A DNA stretch of 62,503 nucleotides, the filler included, from Collodictyon triciliatum (lineage: Eukaryota), in NCBI GenBank assembly GCA_043381765.1. It is 3 parts of 3 records of this genome, joined end to end, with 100 filler letters (N's around TTAATTAATTAA, not from the genome) between each part and the next. Parts side by side here need not be neighbours in the genome. Positions count along the whole stretch, not along the records: positions 1 to 25,542 come from JBHJMP010000053.1; positions 25,643 to 54,009 come from JBHJMP010000054.1; 1 more part is not named here. One strand, given 5' to 3'. Shown here piece after piece: positions 16,684 to 27,977 of the stretch; the stretch's first letter is position 1, and the number at the start of each line of letters is the position of its first letter. A program made the position numbers and the translations under genes. The notes under the pieces are model-generated. The model was given only the letters and a program-made list of their open reading frames with translations. It had not been told where the DNA came from and ran no database searches.

Positions 16684-17670
16684 TCAGCTGTTTATTGGTG
16701 TTGATGCGGCCGCCTCACTTTCCAGCGAGGATTTTCCGGTGTCTGTGCTCAGAAGGCGAAGTGCTTTTGCCCAAGTCGCGCGCAGGCAGGGGATGACGAT
16801 GCTGCAAACACTTTTATTCCACTCTTTGTTGTACTGTGCGATATGCTCCCGATTATACTCGAGCCACCTGGACAACCTCTCCGTTTCTGGCGTCAGGTGT
16901 TGAAAATCGAGTTTAGCATCACGCTCCAATATGACTGCAAGAAATCCTCAAAGCTGGGGTTGGATAGGCAATCATGCATATGCATCGCTCAAATGTAAGA
17001 TATGTATACCATCCATATCCTTGTGCTCCTCATTGAAGCGGTGGAATCGTTCATTGTTCAGCTTCCAAAACTGGTGCTGCTCGATTATCATCCTTTTGAT
17101 TAATTGCCAAAATAAAACAAATAATCAAGTGTGGTGTATCAGAATCAGTTGCAATTATTCACAATATCTCCAACAATTTTAGGAGGAGCATCACGAAGGG
17201 AATATTGTTATGATAAGGACAAGAAAATCACTTTTCGCTCATCAGTCGGAATCCTTTTTCCTCTGGCGTCTCATGAAAAGGGACTTCGTATTGAATCAGA
17301 CGGACGTTTGACTCCGGGTGGGGCTCATAGACAAATAAGGGACGTGGTCCTGGTTTGCTGCAGATTTTTCGGTACTCCTCCTCGAAGTCATAGTGTGTCT
17401 TCTTTTCCTGCTCCAGAGATGAGGACGACGAGGCGATTGTCTGGCACACAAGCACGACCGTAAGATCGCGCACAAGTCAGAGCGCAAGCAAAAGGTGCGG
17501 CAACTTGAATGATTCAAGTTGAACATACATCTCGTTTTCAATATCGAATCGTGATTTAATTTCGGATAATGACAAACCCTTTGGCCACCGGAGCCAAACG
17601 GCATAGAGCCGTGTCGGTTCTTGCTTGGTTGCCGAGCGTAGCACACGTATTGCGCCCCACGCTTCAGCAT
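16684..17670 (-). CDS. COA8: Cytochrome c oxidase assembly factor 8 (COA8/APOPT1 family), 4 exons, ~211 aa
   Basis: Exons 17670-17578, 17440-17232, 17092-17010 and 16934-16684 join in phase (636 nt). Motifs PHPESNVRLIQYEVPFHETPEEKGFRL, QHQFWKLNNERF and WLEYNREHIAQYNKEWNK parallel the APOPT1 blocks. The N-terminus is basic and lacks acidic residues (MLKRGAQYVCYARQPSKNRHG). Confidence 0.75.
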
Positions 17671-19239
17671 CCGACTTTAAAAAACAAACCAAGAAAAAGA
17701 ACGTGCTTTTTTTATTAGTATTATTGATTGATTTGCAGCATACTTTGGCCTGCTCTCAGAGGTGGCCGCGATCGCGTGCCGATCTCTCCACAGAAACTTC
17801 CGTCCTCTGAGCACTTTTCATGGCCAGGCAAGCGGCGTGTTGATTTCCTGCTCCGGTTTGATTAATCGCTGCGTTTCGAGGAGACAGAATATGTCGCTCA
17901 CAGGGGACAAAATATTACAGAACAGTAAATAGATGACCATCTATCTATTATCCATTTATGGAATATATTTCTACTAAATTTAGTATATATTGAAATATCC
18001 ATCTGTTCTTTACTATAAATATATTAGTAAAGTTTGTTTGAATTTGATCATAAGTTATGTGATGTTGTTCGACCCAGAGATGTCCAAATTCCAAATACAC
18101 CCAAAATTCCAGATAAAATTCCAAATTTGGAAAGTAAATCAAGCGATTGGAAAGAGGGATTCTGAGAATGACGAGACCACCTATCAAGAGATTGGAGCTG
18201 CGTAATGCCTGCTGACCGAACACAAACCGCGAAGGCCGACGCAGCCGGCGCTGAGAGCGAAAAGGCCACTTTACCACATCCCTCTTCAACACAGGTTATG
18301 CACCGAGACACACCGAAGACCAAGACACCACTGCCACCAACCCGTGAGTGCAACAACCTACGATTAAGACGGAGCGAGCTCTTTGATGAGCAAGGTAGGG
18401 GCGAAATGATAGTCTTTTGGGCTCGGAGCATGAGCACGCAACGCGCAATGAGCACAACTCCGTGGCATGGACGACTCCAACGCTCCTGGCCTGCTATCAC
18501 TGTGAGATCCCAAAACATGCAATATTGCAACCCATAGAACAACACAACAAATCTCTTTTATTTGTTCTTTGGTAATAAGAATTATGTGTGAAGTGAATAA
18601 AGTGAGTCAAACATTCCTAAATGAAATGGGTTAAAACAATTACGTAAAAAAAAAAAAAGTGAATAAGTCTTATATGATATGAAATGACTGAGGTATTTTA
18701 TTGACGGCTTTTATGATAATAAATGATGTTTTATGAGGTTTGAATATAGAATGGCATATTGATATAAATAAAAACTACTTAGTTCGATTTGACGGAGTAA
18801 GAAGATAAGCAAAAGGGTCATTCCATCAGTCTAGCCAGCATGAGCGACGATCAAGTTTCCAAATATTTGGGTAAAAACAAGTTTAGCGGCTGCAAAATGA
18901 GGGGCAAGATGAAGCAAAAAAATAGCGAGGGAGAGTAAAAGCGGTCTGCAAAAGTCAAGAGGCAAAATGAGACGCCTGAAGAAAAGGAAGGCAGACCAGC
19001 AAAGATGCGGGTTTACGATAGACAAAGACGGAAAAGGGAGATACTCCAGCAAAGAGATGGAAGGCTCAATGCTTAAGTGACTCGGTCACGAGAATCAAAC
19101 AGAACAACAAACAACTGAAGAAAGGGGTCAAATGCCTCGAGCTCTAGCCATCGACTCACGGGTAACAAGATAATTATGAATACAGCACTCAGTATCAGTT
19201 GCTCCGATTCATTCATCCGTTTCTTTTTTTCCGTTTCGT

Positions 19240-19440
19240 TTCTTTTTCTTTTTTCTTTTTCTTTTTCTTTTCTTTTTTCTTTTTTCTTTTTCTTTTTTCT
19301 TTTTCTTTTTTCTTTTTTCTTTTTTCTTTTTTCTTTTTTCTTTTTTCTTTTTTCTTTTTCTTTTTCTTTTTCTTTTTCTTTTTCTTTTTCTTTTTCTTTT
19401 TCTTTTTCTTTTTTGGTTTTCTTTTTTCTTTTTCTCCTTT
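19240..19440. repeat. (TTTTTC)n low-complexity tract
   Basis: Read directly from the sequence. Confidence 0.9.
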
Positions 19441-20112
19441 CTCTTCGGTCTCATTCAGCCTGTAAATAAATAAACTTCATTACAGAGGTTGTGACGAACT
19501 TGGTTTTATCCTCTCAAGGCACAACACTTTTTATACAACGAAAGTGTTCTCATATATAGCGTTTTATGGCACAGACAACCATGGAATTAAATCTGGGTTG
19601 AAGAAAGCAGGAGCTTTGATGAATCTAAGAAGGAACCTGAATAATACAACAGTATGATTAGTATATATAATAAGGTTAAAAAAAATACTTAATGATATCA
19701 TTCCATTCCTATAATTAATCTATATTTTATTTTCTATCTATGTAATGTTATCATTAAAATTCAAAAAATACAAAAAAGTCCTTACTTTGGCCCAGACAGA
19801 GCCCACCCTATAAACCTGCCACCAAACATGCATTTCAAAAAAGCATACTATCCACACTTGCGGTGGTAATCATGTTGTTTGGGGCCGATATGTTGACTTT
19901 CAGTCGCAATGGCTATACGGCCGTCCTTTCGAACTCGTCGAATCAGCTTTCAGCGTTTTGTCTTAAACCACTTACAAAAAACATTGTATGTTTGTTTGCC
20001 GCAATGCGCACAATTTGAAAGTCTCGGTAGAATCTTAATTTTACATAATTTATTTATTTATTGAATTGACTAATTCGCTAAAGTTTTATTAAAATTGAAA
20101 CCTCGGTAGTTT

Positions 20113-22023
20113 TCTAAAGAAAAAAGTAAAACAGAGACTTTCAGATTAAGAAAAGAAAATGTCTTGGGTCTGAGAATCTAAAGTCTGTAAAACCGCTATC
20201 GAAATGTGAAAACATCCCTAAAGTCGATTGTATAGAATCCGGATGACTATGACAAAATCAACGATACGGTTCAATTGTGCCATAATTTGATTACCGACAC
20301 TTATCTGTTTGCAAGATGTTACATATTGAAATCACAACAAGACCCAACAATCGATGATTTTTTTTTGTAAGCTTTAAAGACAGTCGGAATAGTTTCACAA
20401 GAGAGGCTCGCAAGTTTAAAAAATCCAGATATGAGAGATGACATGATGACTTTTTATCTCAATGTTTTTCGATTCCTTTTGTCCCGAGAAGAACGCTCTC
20501 CGTTGGTTGGACTGTCTCATGTGTTACCGTACTTGGCGAAGCAAATGTTTACAACTTATCATTATAACATTAAGGAACATTATGTAAAGAGGTTACTGCG
20601 CTTTATAAATCAAACAGTTCCTAAAGATGAGAATATTACGGAAGATATTAAAAAGGCAGAGTCACGAATGTTAAAAAAAAAAAACCATCTTCAAGAAACT
20701 CGAAATACCGGAACAATGCATAGAATGGGCTAAAACGCATTTGCATCATATCATTCCCAGCGGTATTGTAAAAGGTATCGAATATGACGTCAAAGTCAAT
20801 CCAAACAAGTACGCACCATGTCTGATTTACATGAATCCCATTTTTGAGGATATTGGAACCAAACTGTTTCAACCAATCTCTACAAGAACTACCAATATAC
20901 CATGTCATATTACTCTAGATGCTGCATGTTTGATAGATATGTTAGTATCAATAGGAAAAACATTATTAATGAATATATATATATCAGGATGCAAAGAGGC
21001 ACTGTGGAATGACATCTTTGAAATGAAGAAGAGGGTCTTTCATCAAAGAGATTACAATATTAAATACACAATACAAACAGGCGGCTTGGTGGTGTCATTA
21101 TTGTTTGAAAAGAAACGTATTTAAAATTCAAAATTCAAATAAATCAAAAAACTAGGAATCAATATATAGATGAGCTTTCCGAGGAGCGGTTATTTTTAAT
21201 AGCGAAAAAATAAATAAATAAATAAATAAATAAATAAAATAGTTGGAGTGGACGCAGGCAAGTTTAATATGGCTTACATGGCAGATGAGAGAGGCAAGAA
21301 ATTACGTTACACGGCACACCAAACAAGACATGATAGCAAATCTCTTAAAAATGACAAAATTCTCTTGCGCGAGAAAAAGAAAAGTACAATGCTTCAGGGA
21401 TATACATGACAACAGATTTACAAAGTGCTGTTTCTTTTAGTGCCAGGACTTTTGAAGAGAATCAGCGGTTTGAGACATCAAGAACATCTTTAATCGATTT
21501 AGAGACAGAACCGAGCAAATATAATTCATGCACGGTCGATAATGAAAAATTTCGGGAATATGTATCTATGAAATCAAGATACCAGATAGAACTATCCAGA
21601 TTTTATGAACAATCAACTTTTCGAAAGATGAGATGGAGACAGTATGATAATACAAAACGAAGTGAACAGTTGTTTATGGACCGAATCGAAAAGACATTTG
21701 GCGAGGATGTTGTACTGGCGTATGGATGCTGGAGCAGAAAGCCTCTGATGAAACATTTTATGCCAAGAATCAGAAGAGGATAACGAAAAATACTATCCAA
21801 ACGTCTTGAAACAGTTAATGTAGACGAATTTAGAACCTCCAAGATGTGTTGCAACTGCGAATAAGAACTGGAATATATGAAACCGAAAGGAAATACAAAA
21901 AAAAATGTATAGATGTCTCATATGTAAATAATACAATCGCTCAGAAACCAAACAAAGTGTATTCTTGACAAGGGACTTTAACAGGGCTAAAAATATACTC
22001 AAGAAAATTATTTTAATCCTTTA
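20113..22023 (+). pseudogene. Fanzor1 (eukaryotic TnpB-like RuvC endonuclease) pseudogene
   Basis: The stitched translation gives YRNVKTSLKSIV*...INDTVQLCHNLITDTYLFAR, LSHVLPYLAKQMFT...NIKEHYVKRLLRFIN, KLFQPISTRTTNIPCHITLD and YTIQTGGLVVSLLF. RuvC-I is VGVDAGKFNMAYMAD (21242), followed by FYEQSTFRKMRWR and VLAYGCWSR..MKHFMP. RuvC-II plus Zn finger is VDEFRTSKMCCNC (21820), then YRCLIC, and RuvC-III is TRDFNRAKNIL (~21970). Premature stops lie at 20233, 20368, 21122, 21781 and 21862, with several frameshifts. Confidence 0.88.
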
Positions 22024-22029
22024 AAAAAA

Positions 22030-22260
22030 GTATACATCTTCCTCTAAAAACAGGCTGTCGGATCTCTCCTGGAAACCTTCACCACTACACGATCTTTTGT
22101 GAAAAAAGTGGCGAGACCTGGGATACAGCGGACGAAGTTTATCAATCAAAAGAATGGTTTACTCCTTCTAGTTATGGGATGGTAATAAAAAAAAATCCTT
22201 CATTAAATACACGGATAGGGTGAATGAATCGGTTGTTTTCGAATTAAATGTCGCTAATTC
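22030..22260 (+). ncRNA. Candidate Fanzor omegaRNA scaffold
   Basis: Lies directly 3' of the Fanzor ORF. Nested complementarity: gctgt..atctc (22054-22066) with gggatacagc (22120-22129), tcaccact (22079-22086) with agtggcga (22107-22114), inner cacga/ttgtg. A second hairpin is ttcatt..cac..gtg aatgaa (22199-22228). Confidence 0.4.
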
Positions 22261-24051
22261 ATAATTTATTTTGCTCTTTGTGCCTCTGCAAAGCTAAAAG
22301 GTTGCCTGTATTTTATTTTTAATTTTTAATAGGATATATAAAGTCACAGATATTGTCAAGTTAGATTTTTGTAGCCTATAAAGGCGCTTTGTAGGAAAAG
22401 CATTCTATGGCGAGTCGAACTAATTATACGACCTTCGTTCTTGGTCATCTCTTGCGATGAAAGAACCATCCAAAAACAGCAGCTCTCCAGCTTTCGTCTC
22501 GCCCCATTTATCAAACACGCACAAGACACATGCTACAGGCCAGGCCGTAGAATTTAATTCCAATCACCAATAACTTACCCGTTACCCGGCCCCCGAATAG
22601 CGTCCATGCAAGTCAAAGCTAGCAAACCAAAGCCGAAGCCTCCGCCATTTTAACAAACTGAAAGGAAGGATAAAAAAAAAAATTATCCTTATGTTCCATC
22701 TCACTTCCTCACTGAATCATAGCATTTTATACGGGATGTGTGAAAAAATATACATTTTTACTGACAGACCGTACCGCTTCATCAATATGACACCCCGCCT
22801 AGTTGAAGGGATGAGAGCGTGAAGGTTCGCACACAAGGAAGGCGAAGTAGCATCACAAGAAAAAAGAAGACGCTACAGCAATCCAAGGGATGTGCCTTTA
22901 ATATTTTTACTGTCCATCGCGCAATGTCCAAACAATTCTGCAATTCCGTTTAGTTCTGAGTGATCCTGACTGCGATCCCAGTAACCCGCGACGTGAGGAT
23001 CTGTGCTTTGAATGGGAAGGTGATCTTGAAGGCACGCTGCAATAGCGGATGGATGTTAAGCTCGAGAATATTGGGCTACTGAAGAACGAAAACGCGGCGA
23101 GCAAAAAGCGCATACGAGGTATTCCTGCCCTCTCGTTGGAATCTGCGTTTGGATGCGGTTATCAAAGGGACTTCTGCCAAGCCAACAAAAGACACCGGCC
23201 CCTCGGGCTGTGTGATGGATCTGCCTCCCCTAAGAAAGAAGGACTATCTGATTGGCCGCGCCCACCGCGCAAAAAATAACAGAAGAGCCAATGTGGCTCA
23301 ATACTTTTATTTGCACTTTGTCTGTCTGCATCCTGATCCTTACCAAAGGGGTTCGTGGTTCTTAGGACACTCCCGAACCTTGTCATTACGCGTTCCATTA
23401 TTTTTTTTCCTTTAGCCTCCCCTTTTTTCTTTTTTCTTTTCGTTTTTTCCCTCTTTCGTTAGACCATCTCTCCTTCACAACTTGGCTTCTTTATAGAACG
23501 AATTACACCTTGGTAAAGAATGCGAGGAAGCGAAGCCTTTGAGCAGGCCATGGATCGGGTATGTTCTGTTTTCCGAATCGTACGAGCCAGTCACCGCAGG
23601 ACAATACTTTTGCCTTGAATATATTCTTACTGATATTGAATATATATATATCAATATTAATATATTCAATATCACTTTCATATGCTTGTGCTCTTATTTT
23701 TTGAAATATAATTTCTCATTTCTCATTTTTGTTTTGTTTTGTTATATTTCATTTCATTTCATTTTATTATGTGTTAGATTTCTCAGTATTTTGAGGACTT
23801 GGATTGCGCTATATCCAGAGAAATATCACTCTATTCAAAAGCAGTGTCTAAAGGAGAAAGTGACATTATTGAAAAGGTATAATTAAAAAAATACTATGTT
23901 TTTAGTGTAACAATAGCAATCACGTCTTATGAGCATGTAAAAATAAAACAAAACTTAAACTCAAACTGAATACCCGATGAACATATTTGTCCATGTGATT
24001 TATTGATATGTTGCATAGGTGCGACAAGAGCGCAACCAAAGCCAGAAAGAT

Positions 24052-25263
24052 ATGTCGGGACAAGAATCGATCCTCATGTCCCACCGTAGCGCCATCAAAA
24101 ATATTGTCTTGCTTCCAAGAAAGACTCAACGTCATTCCAACATCCATGGGGTATACTCAAGTGTTTTTCACTATAATACCCTCAATGCGTGCGTTTCATC
24201 TGATGGCAAGGAAAAAGGACATTCATTTGGTATGGACCCTAGTTTGCATGTAATACTCCACCTTCAAACAAGCATCTCTCGGGACACAGTGAGCATGGAC
24301 GACTGGCTTAGTTTAGGGTTCCGTCCTGTGAGGCGTCGCATAGAAACAATCAACAAACCTATCTTGGTTCTCGACTGTGCAGAGAAGGCGCAGTCATCAG
24401 ATCAAACCGCAGCAGGTCTCTATCTTAGAGAAGTGGAATCTGCAAAGCTGTTGAGAAGGAACGGTGTTGTCTTCTACGGTGCATGGGGGATTGCAATCCA
24501 CCCTAAGACGGGAAATCTTTATGTATCAAACTACTCGGGCCACCAAATCAAGATACTCAGCCCAGACCTGGAGTGTTTGGGATTCCTTGGAAACCCTGAA
24601 GGGCGCAGCTATGATATACAGACGTCAAGAATTCAATCTGGGATGGGCAGAGGACAGTTGAATTTCCCAGTAGCGCTTGTGTTTGGACGTGATGGTTCGC
24701 TACTTGTTTCGGAGCATATGAACCACCGCGTCCAACTATTTGACAGTGAGGGAGATTCCAGATGGATTGCTGGGACTTTGGGCAGTGGAGATGCCCAGTT
24801 TTGCAACCATTATGGCGTGGCCATGGATCTGGAGGGAAGCTGCTACATAAGCGATTGGGGAAATGAGCGAATTCAAAAGTTTGACAAGGACGGCAAGTTT
24901 CTGTCCCTCATCGGTCCACGTACTTCTCCTAATCCTGCTCGAAAATCAGACGGACTACTGGTTACGCAATCCAAAACGTTGGTATCTGTTGGTATCGGAG
25001 CGGTTGTCGCTAATGAATATGGGCTTGATGGGACGCACATTGCTTCTTATCAGATTGATGAAGTGAGGGGATACTGTTACTTGAACCATGGGCCAAGTGG
25101 AGGATTTGTGTTGTGTGACCGCGATGGGAATACATTGCGTTTCTACTCGAGGACTTTTGAGCTCCTTAAGCAAATCAATATCCCTTCCCCTTCGGGCGTG
25201 GCCTTTGGGTTTGATGGTAGATTGTATGTAACTTCGATGAATAACATCATTTACGTATTGTAA
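24052..25263 (+). CDS. Intronless NHL-repeat (6-bladed beta-propeller) protein; true start may be the ATG at 24295
   Basis: NHL blades AWGIAIHPKTGNLYVSNYSGHQIKIL, GQLNFPVALVFGRDGSLLVSEHMNHRVQLFD, QFCNHYGVAMDLEGSCYISDWGNERIQKFD and PSGVAFGFDGRLYVTS lie in one open frame. Confidence 0.85.
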   Translation: MSGQESILMSHRSAIKNIVLLPRKTQRHSNIHGVYSSVFHYNTLNACVSSDGKEKGHSFGMDPSLHVILHLQTSISRDTVSMDDWLSLGFRPVRRRIETINKPILVLDCAEKAQSSDQTAAGLYLREVESAKLLRRNGVVFYGAWGIAIHPKTGNLYVSNYSGHQIKILSPDLECLGFLGNPEGRSYDIQTSRIQSGMGRGQLNFPVALVFGRDGSLLVSEHMNHRVQLFDSEGDSRWIAGTLGSGDAQFCNHYGVAMDLEGSCYISDWGNERIQKFDKDGKFLSLIGPRTSPNPARKSDGLLVTQSKTLVSVGIGAVVANEYGLDGTHIASYQIDEVRGYCYLNHGPSGGFVLCDRDGNTLRFYSRTFELLKQINIPSPSGVAFGFDGRLYVTSMNNIIYVL

Positions 25264-25469
25264 TGAGCTTTGCCTGGGTTTTTGAAAAAAAAACATTGAC
25301 GCTTGTTATGGACATCATCGCATAATGATGGGATTTGATATCACGGAAAGGAGCAGCCCATAAATTAGCCCTTCCAATCCTGCGGCTCATTTGCACGCCA
25401 TTATCATCCTGTTCAAATGATGGTAATGTGCCCTGAATATTTTATTTTTGCATGTAAAAAGACTAAGCC

Positions 25470-25523
<54 letters not shown>

Positions 25524-25542
25524 AAAAAAAAAAAAAATATTT

Positions 25543-25642
25543 NNNNNNNNNNNNNNNNNNNNNNNNNNNNNNNNNNNNNNNNNNNNTTAATTAATTAANN
25601 NNNNNNNNNNNNNNNNNNNNNNNNNNNNNNNNNNNNNNNNNN
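25543..25642. other. Artificial scaffold linker: 44 N + TTAATTAATTAA + 44 N
   Basis: A six-frame-stop 12-mer at 25587-25598 is centred in a 100-bp gap. The identical structure recurs at 54010-54109. Confidence 0.95.
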
Positions 25643-26790
25643 AGCCGGCAGTGGACTTTGCTTAACCGGAGTATGGATACGCGTTTGTGGTTTTAGAAAC
25701 ATACGCTCCTGCTTGCTCGGACTGTCTTTGGTGTGTGGAGTTCCAAGCTTGGATTCGACTTGTGCTGTATGTTCTTGCTCCTTGGTTCTCGGTGCGACGG
25801 GCTGGAGCAGGGGAAACGGACTATCTTTGGTGGGCGCTGATTCTTGTGTTGCCTTTGCTTTGGAGTATCCTTTCGGGTAAGTAACGAAGACTGCCTTGAT
25901 GCCTTCTATGTTAACCATATTCCCGTCAGTCTGAATGGGTAGTTTAAGGGGGGATTTCTTTCGGGGTTTGAAGATGCGCTTCTCTTGGGTCTTGCGTTGT
26001 GCGGGCTTGTCCGGTGTTGGCGGTGATGGATGACTCGAGTGCGAGGATTCTGAAGAGGAACCGAGATTTCCTTCCATGTCATCGTCGCTGTCGCTGTATG
26101 CGCGTATATGTTGTGAGTCATGTGGACTCTGATATTGCCTGGCCTTGGCTTCCTTGACCCCGTTGCTGCTTGTCTGCTTGGCGGGTGTATTCTTTTGCTG
26201 GGGCTTTTACTTGTCGTTAGTTGTTCGCGGCTGGCGGACGCTCTTTGAGGATGCGCTTTGGACACTTTTTGCCCATGATCGTAAACTTTGCAGGGAGCTG
26301 GTTCTTGTGACAACGAAACTTCACCACGGCCGTGTCTGTGAAGAAAGCCTTTGTCTCCTTTAATCTCCACGTGGGTCGGTCTGAACGGCTTCAGCTCCTA
26401 GCGAAGGAGTTGCGGCCACACGTCCAGCGGTAGTTGGTAGAGCATCACCGAGGTCTCTGTTGGTTTACTTCTGCTGAAGCTGGTCGTAATATCGCTCAAA
26501 CTTGTCTGCTTCAGCTCCAAAAGCTTTCGGGCGTTTTCTGCAGTGCGGAAGACAATCAGGCAAAGGCCTTCACTGTCCAGTAAGCGCAATTGGATGGACT
26601 CTTCCCGAAGTTTGTTCGCTTTCAAGGAGGAAGTGAGCGCGTCTGTGAGCCTGCGGGCCTTGTTCTTGTTGTAAACGACTTGCTCGACCCCGTGCAAAGA
26701 TACTGTCCGATCAGACAGACTTGCAGGCGGCTTCCTTGCACGGGTTTTCCTAGACTTACGCGCAACTCGGGGTTTTTTCTGCAGCAGCGT
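25643..26790 (-). pseudogene. Degenerate intronless ORF resembling non-LTR retrotransposon ORF1 (RRM-like domains plus Pro/Ser/Lys-rich tail), truncated by the gap
   Basis: ORFs 26973-26398 and 26370-25906 are one frame broken by a single TAG (WPQLLR*ELKPFRPTHVEIKG), followed by a frameshift into 26077-25643. RRM-like blocks are LCLIVFRTAENARKLLEL and TSVMLYQLPLDVWPQLL. GC-richer than the flanks. Confidence 0.45.
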
Positions 26791-27977
26791 TGGAATCAAA
26801 AGAATTATCAATTTATTTTCCACAATTGTCAAACTTATTAGAGGCAACAATATTATCATTTGATTGCAATGCATGCCCTTTAGAGAAAATCGCCGTCCTT
26901 GTAAGGAAGGTATATCGAAAAATGGTGTAACGGATGCTGTCCAAGAATAGGAAACGGAGCACTGTGGCCACAACTGATTCTGGAGTTAAGATAGATAAAT
27001 TCAATGAATTTATACATAATGGATTAATTTAATGAAAAATTCAATAAAATTACCCACTTCCGCTAAAATGCTTCATTTTCACTGGATGTCTTTTATATAA
27101 CTAAGTTATACATATATGCATATTTATTCCAATAAATTTTCCTGTACATTTATGGAAGCAGAAAAAAAAAGAGGTTGTCTTTCGCCTCGCACCCTAGCGT
27201 TTTCCCGCCAGCTCTTTGATGACTGGTGGTGGGGCACGAGTGATGAGGAGAGTTTGTTGATGGCCTCGGAAATTCCCTTCACAGGTCGCCCATTCAGTAC
27301 CGAGGAGGATCACTTCTCAGAGCCCCCCACAACTCTCACATCTGTGATGCCCACGTCGGTATTACACTTCATATGCAAATAACTATCCTTTTTTTTCTTC
27401 TTTTATTTCCATTTTATTTTGTTCCTAATATTTTTATTTGTCTTATTGGTTTCAATCGCCTATTTCGTTTTCTATTCGGGTAAACTATGTTCATCCACTT
27501 CTTTGTTTTTGTTTGTATTTCGTCTTCCCCCTCTTTTTCTTTACTATTCCTATTTGATGGAAGAGCAGGAAAAAAAAATACAAATTGTTGCAATGGTTGT
27601 CAAATCGAAGCAGACGTTGGACTTGGCTTTTGTTCTGCCTTGCGGCACGCTGATCCTCAAAGAACAGTGATCTATGATCTTTTCTGGATTCCCCAAAACT
27701 CATCACGCGACAATGCCGATCCCCCTCCGTGTTTTTTTTTTTTTTTTTTTTGGAGGTGCAGGGAAACCCTGCTTTGTGAATCGATCAGGCCGATTTCGAG
27801 CTTCTTCTTTCTCTTGGGTTGTGATTATGTGCAGCTTATTGACTCTACTATGAGCGCCATACACAGTTGGTTTGAAGATAACTTTGTCTCTGATTCAACA
27901 GTCGACCGAGAAGCCCGCTGAAGATCGGACCACAGCTACACACTGCTTTGCGGCAGGAGACACAGGAAGGCCACACC

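Larger units (their letters stand above)
20044..22271 (+). mobile_element. Decayed non-autonomous Fanzor-carrying element (boundaries tentative)
   Basis: Intronless Fanzor relic with no transposase ORF seen nearby. It is flanked by a 12-bp direct repeat cataatttattt (20044-20055, 22260-22271) that may be chance in AT-rich DNA. Confidence 0.4.

Noticed and set aside
17948-19175. Short GC-richer ORFs between COA8 and the Fanzor relic (possible partner transposase)
   Set aside because: No DDE, Y1, serine recombinase or Helitron motifs are recognisable.
21384-21446. Possible intron (gtacaa...ttag/ccag) inside the Fanzor relic
   Set aside because: Donor and acceptor phases do not restore the reading frame. 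A simple frameshift explains it.
22900-23415. Coding-like stretch upstream of the NHL gene (DPDCDPSNPRREDLCFEWEG...*RMDVKLEN)
   Set aside because: In-frame stop, no family motif and no convincing splice link to the NHL ORF.
25472-25540. Poly(A) tract as tail of the adjacent LINE-like relic
   Set aside because: Wrong strand for a minus-strand element, and separated from it by an artificial linker.
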